DNA from: Felis catus
Taxonomy: Eukaryota
Reading direction: 5' to 3'
DNA length: 64,000 nucleotides
NCBI RefSeq assembly: GCF_018350175.1
Contig: NC_058368.1
Span: 38,132,001 to 38,196,000, forward strand
Part shown: positions 36,737-48,626 of the stretch, piece after piece
Position numbering within the stretch: the first letter of the stretch is position 1
Layout: each line of letters starts with the position of its first letter
Translations under genes and position numbers: made by a program
Notes under the pieces: model-generated
The model's input: only the letters and a program-made list of their open reading frames with translations
Told to the model about the DNA's origin: nothing
The model's database searches: none

Positions 36737-37354
36737 TTAAATTTATTTTTCAATTAAAAAGGACCATTTTATTGATAGTAAGTACCGTTCACCTTAGAAA
36801 AAAGAGCTTTGGAAAAAGGCTGATTTACTACATGGCCTCAGCATGAAGCCTAGGGAGGGCCTTCTATATCATAGCAAATCTAGATAATACTATCAACATA
36901 CTCAAATTTCATGGGAGAAAACAGTGGTAATTGGGTAAATCAAAACACCCATTTCTTGTACGAGCTGCCTCTTTGAGAGATGTGCAAAGGTGATATATCA
37001 CACTCCATTCTGGCCACTGCTGAGGTCATTCTAGGTAGTCAGTCTGTTTTCTGGATACTAGCCTTGGTAGTCCCATCTTGTTGTCCTGGATTTCTGATGC
37101 CCATTGAAGGGAGCCTCAGCACACCAGAACAATAATTAAGTCATGATTCTGTCTACCGCCTGAAGTGGCTATGCATAACAAAGCAGGAAACCATCTTCCA
37201 ATATCTGTATGCCGACTTCTCCCCTCTGTGGGGGTTTGTCCTCGAACTTTACCTATGTCCTCTCCTCTCAGTGAGTTTCTTTTTGTTTTTTAAAGGGTGA
37301 CTTTGATCTTTTACCTTCCTGTATTTTCTGTGAAAAATGTGTCATTATTGGTCG
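36734..37354 (-). other. Putative L1 3'-transduced unique sequence with its own poly(A) signal and tail
   Basis: Non-L1 sequence downstream (minus sense) of the L1 tail; AATAAA at 36773-36768 and T-tract 36734-36750. Confidence 0.7.
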
Positions 37355-37779
37355 TTATTTTTATTATTTATTTATTTATTTATTGTCAAGTTAGCTAACA
37401 TAGAGTATAGCCTTGGCTTCAGGAGTAGATTCCCATGATTCATCAGTTATATACAACACCCAATGCTCAGCCCAACAAGTGGCCTCCTCAATGCTCATCA
37501 CCCATTTTTCCCACCCCCTAACCCCCCACCCCCATCATATATCAATTTGTTCTCTGTATTTAAGAGTTTCTTATGGTTTGCCTGCCTCTCTGTTTGTATC
37601 TTATTTTCCTTCCCTTTCCCTATGATCTTCTGTTAACTTTCTCAAATTCCACATGTGAGTGAAATCACATGATGTCTGTCTTTCTCTGACTTATTTCACT
37701 TAGCATAATACCCTCCTGTTCAATCCACATTGTTGCAAATGTAAAGATTTCAAGCTTTTCCATCACCGAGTAGTATTCC

Positions 37780-37820
<41 letters not shown>

Positions 37821-37851
37821 ATGCATGTATACACATACATGCCACCTCTTT

Positions 37852-37886
<35 letters not shown>

Positions 37887-39640
37887 TTAATATATGAAAT
37901 TTATTGTCAAATTGGTTTCCATACAACACACAGTGCTCATCCCAAAAGGTGCCCTCCTCAATACCCATCACCCACCCTCCCCTCCCTCCCACCCCCCTAT
38001 CAACCCTCAGTTCTCAGTTTTTAAGAGTCTCTTATGCTTTTGCTCTCTCCCATTCTAACCTCTTTTTTTTCCCTTCCCCTCCCCCATGGGTTCCTGTTAA
38101 GTTTCTCAGGATCCACATAAGAGTGAACACATATGGTATCTGTCTTTCTCTGTATGGCTTATTTCACTCAGCGTAACACTCTCCAGTTCCATCCACATTG
38201 CTACAAAGGGCCATATTTCATTCTTTCTTATTGCCACGTAGTACTCCATTGTGTATATAAACCACAATTTCTTTATCCGTTCATCAGTTAATGGACATTT
38301 AGGTTCTTTCCATAATTTGGCTATTGTTGATAGTACTGTTATAAACATTGGGGTGCATGTGTCCCTAAGAATCGGCACTCCTCTGTCCTTTGGATAAATT
38401 CCTAGTAGTGCAATTTCTGGGTCATAGGGCAATTCTATTTTTAATTTTGTAAGGAACCTCTACAGTGTTTTCGAAAGTGGGTGCACCATTTTGCATTTCC
38501 ACCAACAGTGCAAGAGGGTTCCCCTGCCTTCACATCCTCGCCAACATCTGTTATAGCCTGAGTTGTTAATTTTAGACACTCTGACCAGTGGGAGATGATA
38601 TCTCAATGTGTTTTTTATTTGTATTTCCCTGATGATGAGTAATGTTGAGCATCTTTTCATGTGTCTGTTTCCCATCTGGATGTCTTCTTTGGAAAAATGT
38701 CTATTCATGTTTTCTACCCATTTTTTCACTGGATTATTTGTTTTGGGGGTGTTGAGCTTAAGTTCTTTATAGATTTGGATACTATCCCCTTATCTGATAG
38801 GTCATTTGTAAATATCTTTTCCCATTCCATCAGTTGCCTTTTAATGTTGTTGATTGTTTCCTTTGCTGTGAAGAAGGTTTTTATCTTGATGAGGTCCCAA
38901 TAGTTTATTTTTGCTTTTGTTTCCCTTGCCTTTGGAGACATGTCAAGTAAGAAGTTGCTGCAGCTGAAGTCAAAGAGTTTGCTGCCTATTTTCTGCTATA
39001 GGATTTTGATGGTTTCTTGGCTCACATTTAGGTCTTTCATCCATTTTGAATTTATTTTTGTGTATGGTGTAACAAGGTGGTCCAGTTTTATTTTTCTGCA
39101 TGTGGTTGTCCAGTTCTCCCAGAACCATTTGCTGAAGGGACTGTCTTTTTTTCCATTGGATACTCTTTCCTGTTTTGTCAAAGGTTAGTTGACCATATAT
39201 TTGTTGGTCCATGTCTTGGTTCTCTATTCTATTCCATTGGTCTATGTGTCTTGTTTTGTGCCAGTACTATACTGTCTTGATTAATACACCTTAGTAATAC
39301 AGGCATAAGTCCAAGATTGTGATGCCCCAGCTTTGGATTTCTTTTTCAACATTATGTTGGCTCTTTGGGGTCATCTGTGGTTCCATACAAATTTTAGGGT
39401 TGTTTGTTCTATGTCTGTGAAGAATGCTGGTGCTATTTTGATTGGGATTGCATTGAATGTGTAGATTGCTTTGGGTAGTATCGACATTTTAACAATACTT
39501 GTTCTAATCCATGAGCATGGAATGTTTTTCCATTTCTTTGTGTCTCCTTCAATTTCTTTCATAAACTTTCAGCATACAGAAATTTTACCTCTTTGGTTAG
39601 GTTTATTCCTAGGGATCTTATGGTTCTTGGTGCAATTATA
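37355..39640 (-). mobile_element. Carnivore L1, 3' part (ORF2 C-terminus + two tandem 3' UTRs)
   Basis: Minus-strand ORF fragments [33 protein letters not shown]-rich tails at 37355-37385 and 37848-37890. Confidence 0.95.
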
Positions 39641-42130
39641 GCTGAGAATCTCCCTAATCTGGGGAAGGAAATAGGCATCCAAATCTAAGATGCATATAGA
39701 ACTCCCTTCAAAATTAAAACAAACAAGCAAACAAACAAACACACAAAAAAAACAGCTCAACCCCATGACACATCATAATTAAACTGGCAAAATACAAAGA
39801 TAAAGAGAGAATTCTGAAAGCAGCTAGGGACAAACAAGCCTTAACCTACAAGGGTAGACACATAAGGGTGATAGCAGACCTGTCCACTGAAACTTGGCAG
39901 GCAAGAAGGGAGTGACAGGAGATACTCAATGTGCTGAATGGGAAAAATATGCAGCTAAGAATCCTTTATCTAGCAAGGCTGTCACTCATAATAGAAGGAG
40001 AGACAAAGGCTTTCCCAGACAAACAAAACTAAAGGAGTTCATGACCACTAAGCCAGCCTTGCAGGAAATCCTGAGGGGGACTCTGTGAGTGGAAAGCAGC
40101 CAGCATTACAAAGGACCAGGGACATCACGACAAGCATGAAACCCACAGATAACACAGTGACACTAAATTCATATATTTCAATAATCACTATGAATGTAAG
40201 TAGACTGAATGGCCCAATCAAAAGACATAGGATATCAGAATGGATAAAGAAACAAGATCCATCTATATGCTGCCTACAAACGACTCATTTTAGGCCTGAG
40301 GACACCTGCAGATTGAAAGTGAGGGGATGGAGAACCATCTATCACTCTACTGCGTATCAAAAGAAAGCCCCAGTAGCCATACTTATATCAGACAAACTAG
40401 ATTTTAAAACAAAGACTATAACAAGAGATGAAAAAGGGCATCATATCAATTAAGGGTTCTGTCCATCAATAAGAGCTAACAATTATAAATGTTTATGCCC
40501 CCAACATGAAACACCCAAATATACAAATCAATTAGTCACAAACATAAAGAAATGTATAGATAATAATACCATGATTGTAGTGGACTTTAATACTCCACTT
40601 ACATCAATGGACAGGTCATATAGGCATAAAATCAATAAGGAAACAATGGCTCTGAATGACCCATTGGACCAGATGGACTTACCAGATATATTCAGAACGT
40701 TTCATCTCAAAGCAGCAGAACATACATTCTGCTCAAGTGCACATGGAACATTCTGCAAAATAGATCACATACTGGGTCACAAAATAGGCCTCAACAAATA
40801 TAAAAGGATTGAGAACATACCATTCATTTTTTCAGATCACAATTCTATGAAACTTGAAGTCAACTACAGAAAAAAATTTGTAAAGCCCCCAAATACATGG
40901 AGGTTAAAGACTATCCTACTAAAGAATGAATGGGTAAACCAGGAAATTAAAGAAGAAATTAAAAAAAGTATATATGGAAGCAAATGAAAATGCTTTTATT
41001 TTCAGTCCAAACCCTTTGGGATATGGCAAAGGCAGTCATAAGAGGAAAATACATTGCAATTCAGGCATATCTCAAGAACCAAGAAAGTTCCCAAATACAT
41101 AACCTAACCTCATACCTAAAGGACCTAGACAGGCAGCACCAAAGAAAGCCCAAAGCCAGCAGAAGAGAAATAATAAAGATTAGAGCAAAAATAAACAATA
41201 TAGAATCCAAACCCAGTAGAAGAGATCAATGAATCTAAGAGATGGGTATTTTTTTAGAGAATAAACAAAATTTGTAAGCCCCTAGCCAGACATCTCAAAA
41301 AGGAGAGAGGACCCAAAATAGATAACATCATGAATGAAAGAGGAGAGATTGCACCAACACCTCAGAAATACAATTATTAGAGAATACTATGAAAAATTAT
41401 ATGCCAACAAACTGGAAAATATGGAAGAAATAGACAAATTCCTAGATACCCACATACTACCAAAACTGAAAAAGGAAGAAATAGAAAATTTGAGCAGCAA
41501 AGAAATTAAATTGGTTATCAAAAATCTCCCAACAAATAAGAGTCATGGGCCAGATGGCTTCCCAGGGAAATTCTATGAGACATTTAAAGCAGAGTTTATA
41601 CCTATTCTTCTCAAGCCTTTCCAAAAAAAAAAAAAAAAAGACAGAAATGGAAGGAAAGCTTCCAGACTCATTCTATGAAGCCAGTATTACCTTGATTCCC
41701 AAACTAGACAAAGATCCTACTAAAAAGGAGAACTACAGGCCAATATCCCTGATGAACATGGATGCAAAAGTTCTCAACAAAATACTAGCAAATCTAATTC
41801 AATGGTATATTAAAAGAATTATTCACCATGATCAAATAGGATTCGTTCCTGGGCTGCAGGGCTGGTTCAATATTCACAAATCAATGAACATGATGCGTCA
41901 CATTAGTAGAAGAAAGGATAAGGACATTTGATCCTGTCAATAGATGCAGAAAAAGCATTTGACAAAATATAGCATCCTTTCTTAATAGACACCCCCAAGA
42001 AGGTCAGGATAGGCTTGCCTGAGTGGCTCAGTTGATTAAGCATCGACTTCATGAGTTCCAGCTGCGCATCTGCTGATAGCAGAGGGCCCACTTTGTATCT
42101 TCTGTCAGCCTCTCTCTCTGCCCCCTCCAC

Positions 42131-42184
<54 letters not shown>

Positions 42185-42620
42185 AATAATAAACATTATA
42201 AAAAAGCCAGTATTGAAGGAATATAACTTATCATTATAAAAACCATACATGAAAGGTCCACAGTTAATATCATCCTCAATGGGGAAAAACTGAGAGCTTT
42301 CCCCCTGAGATCAGGAACACGACAGGGATGTCCAATCTCACCACTATTGTTTAACATAGCCTCAGCAATCAGATAGCAAAGTGAAATAAAAGGCATCTAA
42401 ATTGGCAAAGAAGAAGTCAAACTTTCACTCTTTGTAGATGACATGATACTCTATATGGAAAACCTGAAGGACTCCACCAAAAAACTGCTAGAACTGAATT
42501 TAACAAAGTTGCAGGATATAAAATTGATGTACAGAAATTGGTTGCATTTCTATACACCAATAATGAAGCAACCGAAAGAGATATCATGTAATCAATCTCA
42601 TTTACAATTTCACAAAGAAA
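39641..42620 (+). mobile_element. Inverted 5' segment of the same L1 (ORF1 C-terminus, ORF2 EN and RT), degraded
   Basis: [58 protein letters not shown]. Confidence 0.95.
42012..42205 (+). mobile_element. Can-SINE inserted in L1 ORF2
   Basis: GCCTGAGTGGCTCAGTTGATTAAGCATC..., (CT)n, AATAAACATT tail. Confidence 0.85.
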
Positions 42621-42634
42621 TACCCACTAATAAG

Positions 42635-42690
42635 TCTCTTTAAGTAAACTCCAAGGTAACTGGACTTCTAAAGAAAAAAGAAATAGAGAG
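42635..42690 (+). pseudogene. AP3S1: Terminal 3' UTR piece and decayed poly(A) of the AP3S1 retrocopy
   Basis: TCTCTTTAAGTAAACTCCAAGGTAACTGGACTTCTAAAG then an A-rich tract; matches recalled AP3S1 3' UTR end; AGTAAA signal variant. Confidence 0.7.
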
Positions 42691-45035
42691 AGAGAGAGAA
42701 AGTCATGTGTTGTTTTGGAAATTTTCATAGTTTTACTTGCTATTACATTTTTAGTTTTATAATTATCCCTTATTCGTATAATTTTTAGTTATTCTTATTT
42801 GATGGATGTGCCGTGGTTAACTGTATACTTAAGAAACAATAGTGATGATTGAGGTTTTACTTTTGATATTTTATCTCATTACAATCCATTTGGGAAATGG
42901 CAAGTTGTTGTTTTTATTTTCCTAATCCAGTACATTTCTTCTGCTACACATTAATAAATGGCTCCTTTAAACTATTGATTGCCACTATCGGCAACCTACA
43001 TTTATCACAGCTGTATTGCTTTTTTCTATTGCATAGTAATTTGCTCCTCATTTATTTCACTTTGTAACACACAAAAGCTAAAAATCACAAATACCTTGTA
43101 ATAGGGGACCATATAGGGTGCATATTTAACATGATATTGTTTTTTATGACCATTATATTCAAAACATAAATGAATTTAAAATATAGATATCATTAACAGA
43201 GGAACAAAATTTTCAAAAATAGGGTTAAGTGACTGAAAATTAAATGTTCCAAGGTGTTACCACTGGTTATAAAAAGCAAACTAATAATATTTCTCCATTT
43301 TAACATACTTTATAATATGCTGTCAAATATATTGAGGTTTGTAGGGCTGCCCTGGTTCCACTTATTTCTGACTCCTTATTCCATGGCTTTTTTTCCTTTG
43401 GATAATTGAGTTAGCCCCATCTTTCCAATTTTGCTCAAGTTAGCCAAGGATATGTCCTGATGATTGCAGCCAAAGAAATCTTCACACACAGCGTTTTCAG
43501 ACTATCAGCATTCAATAATTACTTTATGTGTTTTACGCTAACTAAACACTTTGTTAATTTTTATGTTGTACTCAAAAATAGACCATACATTTTAAGAACT
43601 TAAGATATAGTAGAGATTTTAAGGATAAGTTTGTATAATGAACATCTAAATAACACTAAGGACAAAATTCTAAAAGATTTTTTACAAAATTCCTAAACTG
43701 CTCATAATGCATGTCTATGAACAAAAGGTTCATAATGAAAATTTAAGCATATACTTTGTTATATTCAATAACTTACCTTCTAACTTATTTTCCAAGGCAA
43801 AACTAAGGAAAAGGGGAAAATAAAATGGATTAAAGTTCATCATTATCACCAAATTAGATTTGCTTAGATACAGTAAGTTACTGGATTATATGACCTTTCT
43901 GTTCTAAACTATTATCAAAGCCCATTATCTTAGTGTCATTATTGTTCTACAAGTCATGAATTATTCTAAGCAAAATTAATATCCAGAATTACTACATTAT
44001 TGAAATATGTGGGAAGTCAGACAATTTGTTGAAATAGGAATGAAAATGTACAGTTAGGTATGAGTAGCTTAAATAGCTAGACTGAGCATTCAATAAACAC
44101 CCTCATAACATGCAAGATAAAATATTCATCCTTAAAAATCCACAAACTGGATTTTTCAACTACTTGGATTTTTCAAAGTCTCAACCCAAAATTAAGCTGA
44201 TGTTAACTAAACTCACAAGAGATTGATAAATAAATCAAATTTCCAATATATTAATTTACTCTAGTGATCACATTTCTACCTAGAGCAGCTTACTTCCTAG
44301 TATTTGAACTATATAAGAAAATTAATTATTGATCAAAAGCTTGCCTGATGACCATGGTATGAAAGAATAGAGAAGCAGATAGCCTCAAGAGATATCTCAT
44401 CTGTTTCACGAAGAAGCCTAGTAAATTATTCCTATCTCACCCAGCAGAGAACAGTATCAAGGGGCCAAATTTTTCATATTCCCCCAAATTATTTCTTATT
44501 TCTGAGCAGTGATGAATCCATGCTGCTGAATTTTGCTTCTCTGAAATCCGTTTTCTTATTCTATCCATTTCTCTGTTGGCAGTTTCATTCTTTTGATGTG
44601 TTATTATCACTGAGCATGCTGTTTATAGGAGAGTTGTTTATGTAAACAGAACAAATTGAATATTTTGCTTCCTTTTTTTTTTTTTTTTTTAGTGGTTAGC
44701 TTTCAGAGGGTTACTTGAACTTTGAATTATTGAAAGGAATCTCAGTCTTCTCCAATTGACTATTTTATCTTTCTTCAATGTCAAATCTTCCATTTCAAAC
44801 TATGTATGAAAATTGATAATCTGTTCATAATTTATGTTGTCATGCCCAGGATAAAGCCACCATCATCTTCCTGGAAATATAGGCCAAAAATGTGAGATAA
44901 CTTTCACTGTTTTCTCTGTCTTTGTATCTTCTATTCACAGAATCATCAATTCTTTTTGTGCAATATTTTGTGTTCCCTCTTTTCCATTCTAATTCTTGCC
45001 TCCGTGATTCAGAATATTTTTAGGTTTGCCTTAAC

Positions 45036-45852
45036 TGTTGTAGACTCTGGGTCTAAAGTTCTCTCTTGTCTAGCAAGATGGCGGGACGCAGGATGAAAAG
45101 TGAGAGATGGCTAATGTCTGGGAAAAGACAAGAGTCCTGAATAAGGGTCCTTGCCCTGTTTTTATTACGATCATAAGGCTTACAAACATGGCAATGGACG
45201 TGCACAAAGAGACAATGAATCTGTGAGCATTAACTTGCAGATGTGAGGGAAAGGGGATCTTGAAGATATTCGGGGTTAGGGGTTTGGGTTAATACAAAAC
45301 AAAATCCTGGTGCTGGGAACTCAGTAGGAAGGTTGTTTACAGAGGACATGAGGCACCACCCTGGTTTATCTTAACTAGCCTAGGGATGAGACAGGTAGGG
45401 GATATAACCACAGAGTTAACAAGGCACCTTTTCTTTTATTAATCATCTCGTCTCTGGGCTTCTTCAACTGCAGCGCATCAGTCTATAGCCCAATTTACCT
45501 GTTTACCTAACTTGGTCCATCCTTCCTGTGAAAGCAGATTTCTGCTATAGTACTAAATTGGGGGGGGGGGCGCTTCTACCCTGAATACCTAATCTTGTTT
45601 ATTTCATATAGCTATGTTTATATTGGTGCCTTTGCACCTCCGTATTCAGGGGCCTTTGCCCCTCCCTCTCTATTCTGGGAGCTTTATTCTGTCCCCGCTT
45701 TATTCTAGAGGCCTAAGCCCCCCCTTCTCTATCCTTATTCACCTAACCTTGTTTACCCAAACTCGGGTGTGAACATCCTATGGCTTTGTACCTCTTTATG
45801 CCTTGTTAACCCATTGGTGTAAGGCCAGGGAATTTCTAAACTTATTCCCATA
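45036..45852 (-). mobile_element. Solo LTR, class II (ERVK/betaretrovirus-like)
   Basis: Minus-sense termini T(A)TGGGAATAAG...CTACAACA; 6-bp TSD CTTAAC/CTTGAC (45030-45035, 45853-45858); minus-strand AATAAA near 45160. Confidence 0.75.
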
Positions 45853-45864
45853 CTTGACTATACT

Positions 45865-46735
45865 ACTTATTTATTCATTCATTCTTTCAGTCATTCAACA
45901 GATATTTTCTTTAGTTCCTACTGTGTACCAGTTAGCAGTCTGAAGACATAGCAGGAGACAGACATAAAGGAATCTGACCTCATAGGATTATATTCTACTG
46001 GAGGAACACAATAAACTATAACTAGTAAATAAATAAATATATTGTGCTATAAATATTAAGATGAAAACAAAATAATAGGAACATGATTAGAAAGAAGCAC
46101 TGTGATATAGTGCTTCTATATGCATAATGATGAATTATTTTAGATGAGTAATCAGGGAAGACCTTTCTGAAGTGACATTTAAGCAGAGAACTAAGTGACT
46201 GAAGGAGCAGAGCAATGGGGAAATACTAGTGAATGAATAGTCTTTCAAACATTGGGGAATATAAGGGGGAAAATGTTGGGAAGGTTGAAAAATAATACAA
46301 AAGGCAGTGTTGCTGAAGTGGACTACAATACAGAGAAAACTAGAAATGAGGCTCAAGAGATAGGCAGGAGCCAGGTGATGGAGGGCCTTGTAGGCTGTAG
46401 TAACAATTTGGGTTTTATTCTATAGGTACGGGGAATCATTGGAGTGCTGTGAGTCCTAAAAGAACATTGTCAACTGAAACTTTTCACTCTTGTCCAAAGC
46501 ACACCATTGTGCTTTCTGAAAAAAAGCAAAAATGGAAGCAATGATTGGATTTAGGATAACTTCGGGAGGTAGAGTCAGTGGGACTTGTTAATAAAATGGA
46601 ACATGAGATAAAAATAAAAGACACTGAGGTTTTTAGTCTGAGAAACTGGAGCAGTATATTGCCATTTATTGAGGTGAGAAAGATTGAAGAAATCATGGAA
46701 TAATAGAGACCATAAATTTGATTTAGAAAAATTAT
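45865..46735 (-). mobile_element. L2 element 3' portion
   Basis: TTCATTCATTC..CATTCAACAGATATTT start; CAGGGAAGACCTTTCTGAAGTGACATTTAAGCAGAG; GAGGGCCTTGTAGGC. Confidence 0.85.
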
Positions 46736-47339
46736 GCAGGTATGTTTTGCAGATTTTCATTCCGTAATGTAAATACAGCAAAGACCTTCTAATCTATTGT
46801 CTTCAGTTAGTGTTGTCAATTTTTAATTTCAGGGTTTAGCTACAAAATCAGAAACCATGGACTAAGAAGCAATTAGAAATGCACCAGGCAAACTGTGCTT
46901 GAACATTCCAATTGAATCAGAAGCTGGAATTCAAATTCTAAGTAGAAATGCTGGAGGAATATATCTTCTGTAACTCTCTAATTTTGCCCCATGGAAGAAC
47001 AATAGTAAATGCAATGAAAGAGCATCATTATATATTTTATAAATGCTGCAATGGTGACAATGTGAATGATGGTCATATTGAAATGGGCTGACTTCCGGGA
47101 GAATGTTGGAGTTTGGGGGTTACACAGGCCTAGAATCAATATTTTATTGCCCCAAACAAAGAGAGTAAGCCTCCTTGATATCCAGCAGAGGCTGGAAAAG
47201 GTAATGAAAAACATTTTGCTTGGGAGGATTCTTTGGTGGGGGCTAATAGATTATATTAGGGCAAAAACATAAGACTAGGTTTCTAAATTACTGAACAGGA
47301 GTTTGTATAACAGAAGTTCCAAATCTTTCCTGACTTGAT

Positions 47340-48350
47340 CTATAAGGTATACCAAATAAACTTGTGAACAGAGCTTCCTATCATGAAATTAATACAAACT
47401 GACTACTATGCCCTGAAGTTGGGCACAATCAGCCACATTAGTTAATCATTTAGAAGTAGCATATTCCAGGGGCGCCTGGGTGGCTCGGTTGGTCAAGTGT
47501 CCGACTTCAGCTCAAGTCACCATCCGAAGATGGTTCATGAGTTCGAACCCCATGTGAGTTCTCCTGACTGCCCAGAGCCTGGAGCCTGCTTCAGATTCTG
47601 TGTCTCCCTCCCTCTCTCTCTGCCCTCCCCCCTCACACTCTGTCTCCTTCTCTCTCTCAAAATATGAATAAATTAAAAAAAAAACTTAAAAAAAAGAAAG
47701 TGGCATATTCCAGAATAGGGTTTCCACTGTTCTGAAAACATTAAAAAAGTTCTGTAAGCAAATGATTCAAAATTCCACTGGCCTACTTCTGTATAATGCT
47801 ATTCCTTATATGGCAACATGGGTTCCCTGTGTGAGATGACCAGGGAGGGGAAAATATTATAGCGAATGACTCTCATAATATACTAATACAAGTCAGTATT
47901 GAATTCCCCCGGAGTTACTGAGCCAGACTCAGAAGTGTTCCTGAAAGCCTATCGAGAAGACAAATTCTCCCAGTGGGCAGAATATCAATCAGTGTATCTT
48001 GTGGTCACTTTGCATTAAAAAAAGACAACGTGAAGTTAAGTTCTACTTTGATATATGGAAAGTGGCCATCAGTATTATCAGCTAGTATGCTACTTAAAAA
48101 GATCAGAGTTGAAGGATCTGTGATAATAAAGGTTGAGGGAAATGGATATTAGACAATTCAGAATGAGAAATGAGGGCAGGGTATGAAAATACCAGTGCCT
48201 CTCTGCTGGCTCCCTGAAAGACCCTACCACAGAGGAGTGAACTACAGACACATTCTACATGAATGGCAAGCTCTTTCCCTAGTCTTTCCCTAGTCTCCCC
48301 AATAGTTGTTCAGTGTGATTACTAAATTAATGGTAGTTTGCTGAGTGAAG
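47340..48350 (+). mobile_element. ERV-L pol (RNase H) internal fragment
   Basis: EPDSEVFLKAYREDKFSQWAEYQSVYLVV (47920-48006) resembles ERV-L GKSSQWAELRAVHLVV. Confidence 0.75.
47469..47697 (+). mobile_element. Can-SINE
   Basis: TSD AAGT(A/G)GCATATTCCA at 47454-47468 and 47698-47712. Confidence 0.95.
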
Positions 48351-48373
48351 GATGGGCTTAAAACTTTTTATTG

Positions 48374-48539
48374 GGGGTTGCCTGGGTGGCTTAGTTAAGC
48401 ATTCAACCTCAGCTCAGGTCATGATCTCTCACAGTTTGTGGGTTCCAGCCCTGCGTAGGACTCAGTGCTGACAGCTCAGAGCCTGGAGCCTACTTCAGAT
48501 TCTGTGTCTCCCTTTCTTTCTGCCCCTCCCCTGCGTGTT

Positions 48540-48589
<50 letters not shown>

Positions 48590-48626
48590 TCTCTCTCAAA
48601 AATAAATAAACATTAAAAAATTAAAA
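48374..48626 (+). mobile_element. Can-SINE
   Basis: Sense SINE with long (CT)n; imperfect TSD AAAAC.TTTT.ATTGG. Confidence 0.93.

Noticed and set aside
39894..42643. Cluster of RT/endonuclease ORFs as an active retroelement or novel RT system
   Set aside because: Ordinary L1 ORF1/ORF2, fragmented by stops, frameshifts and a SINE.
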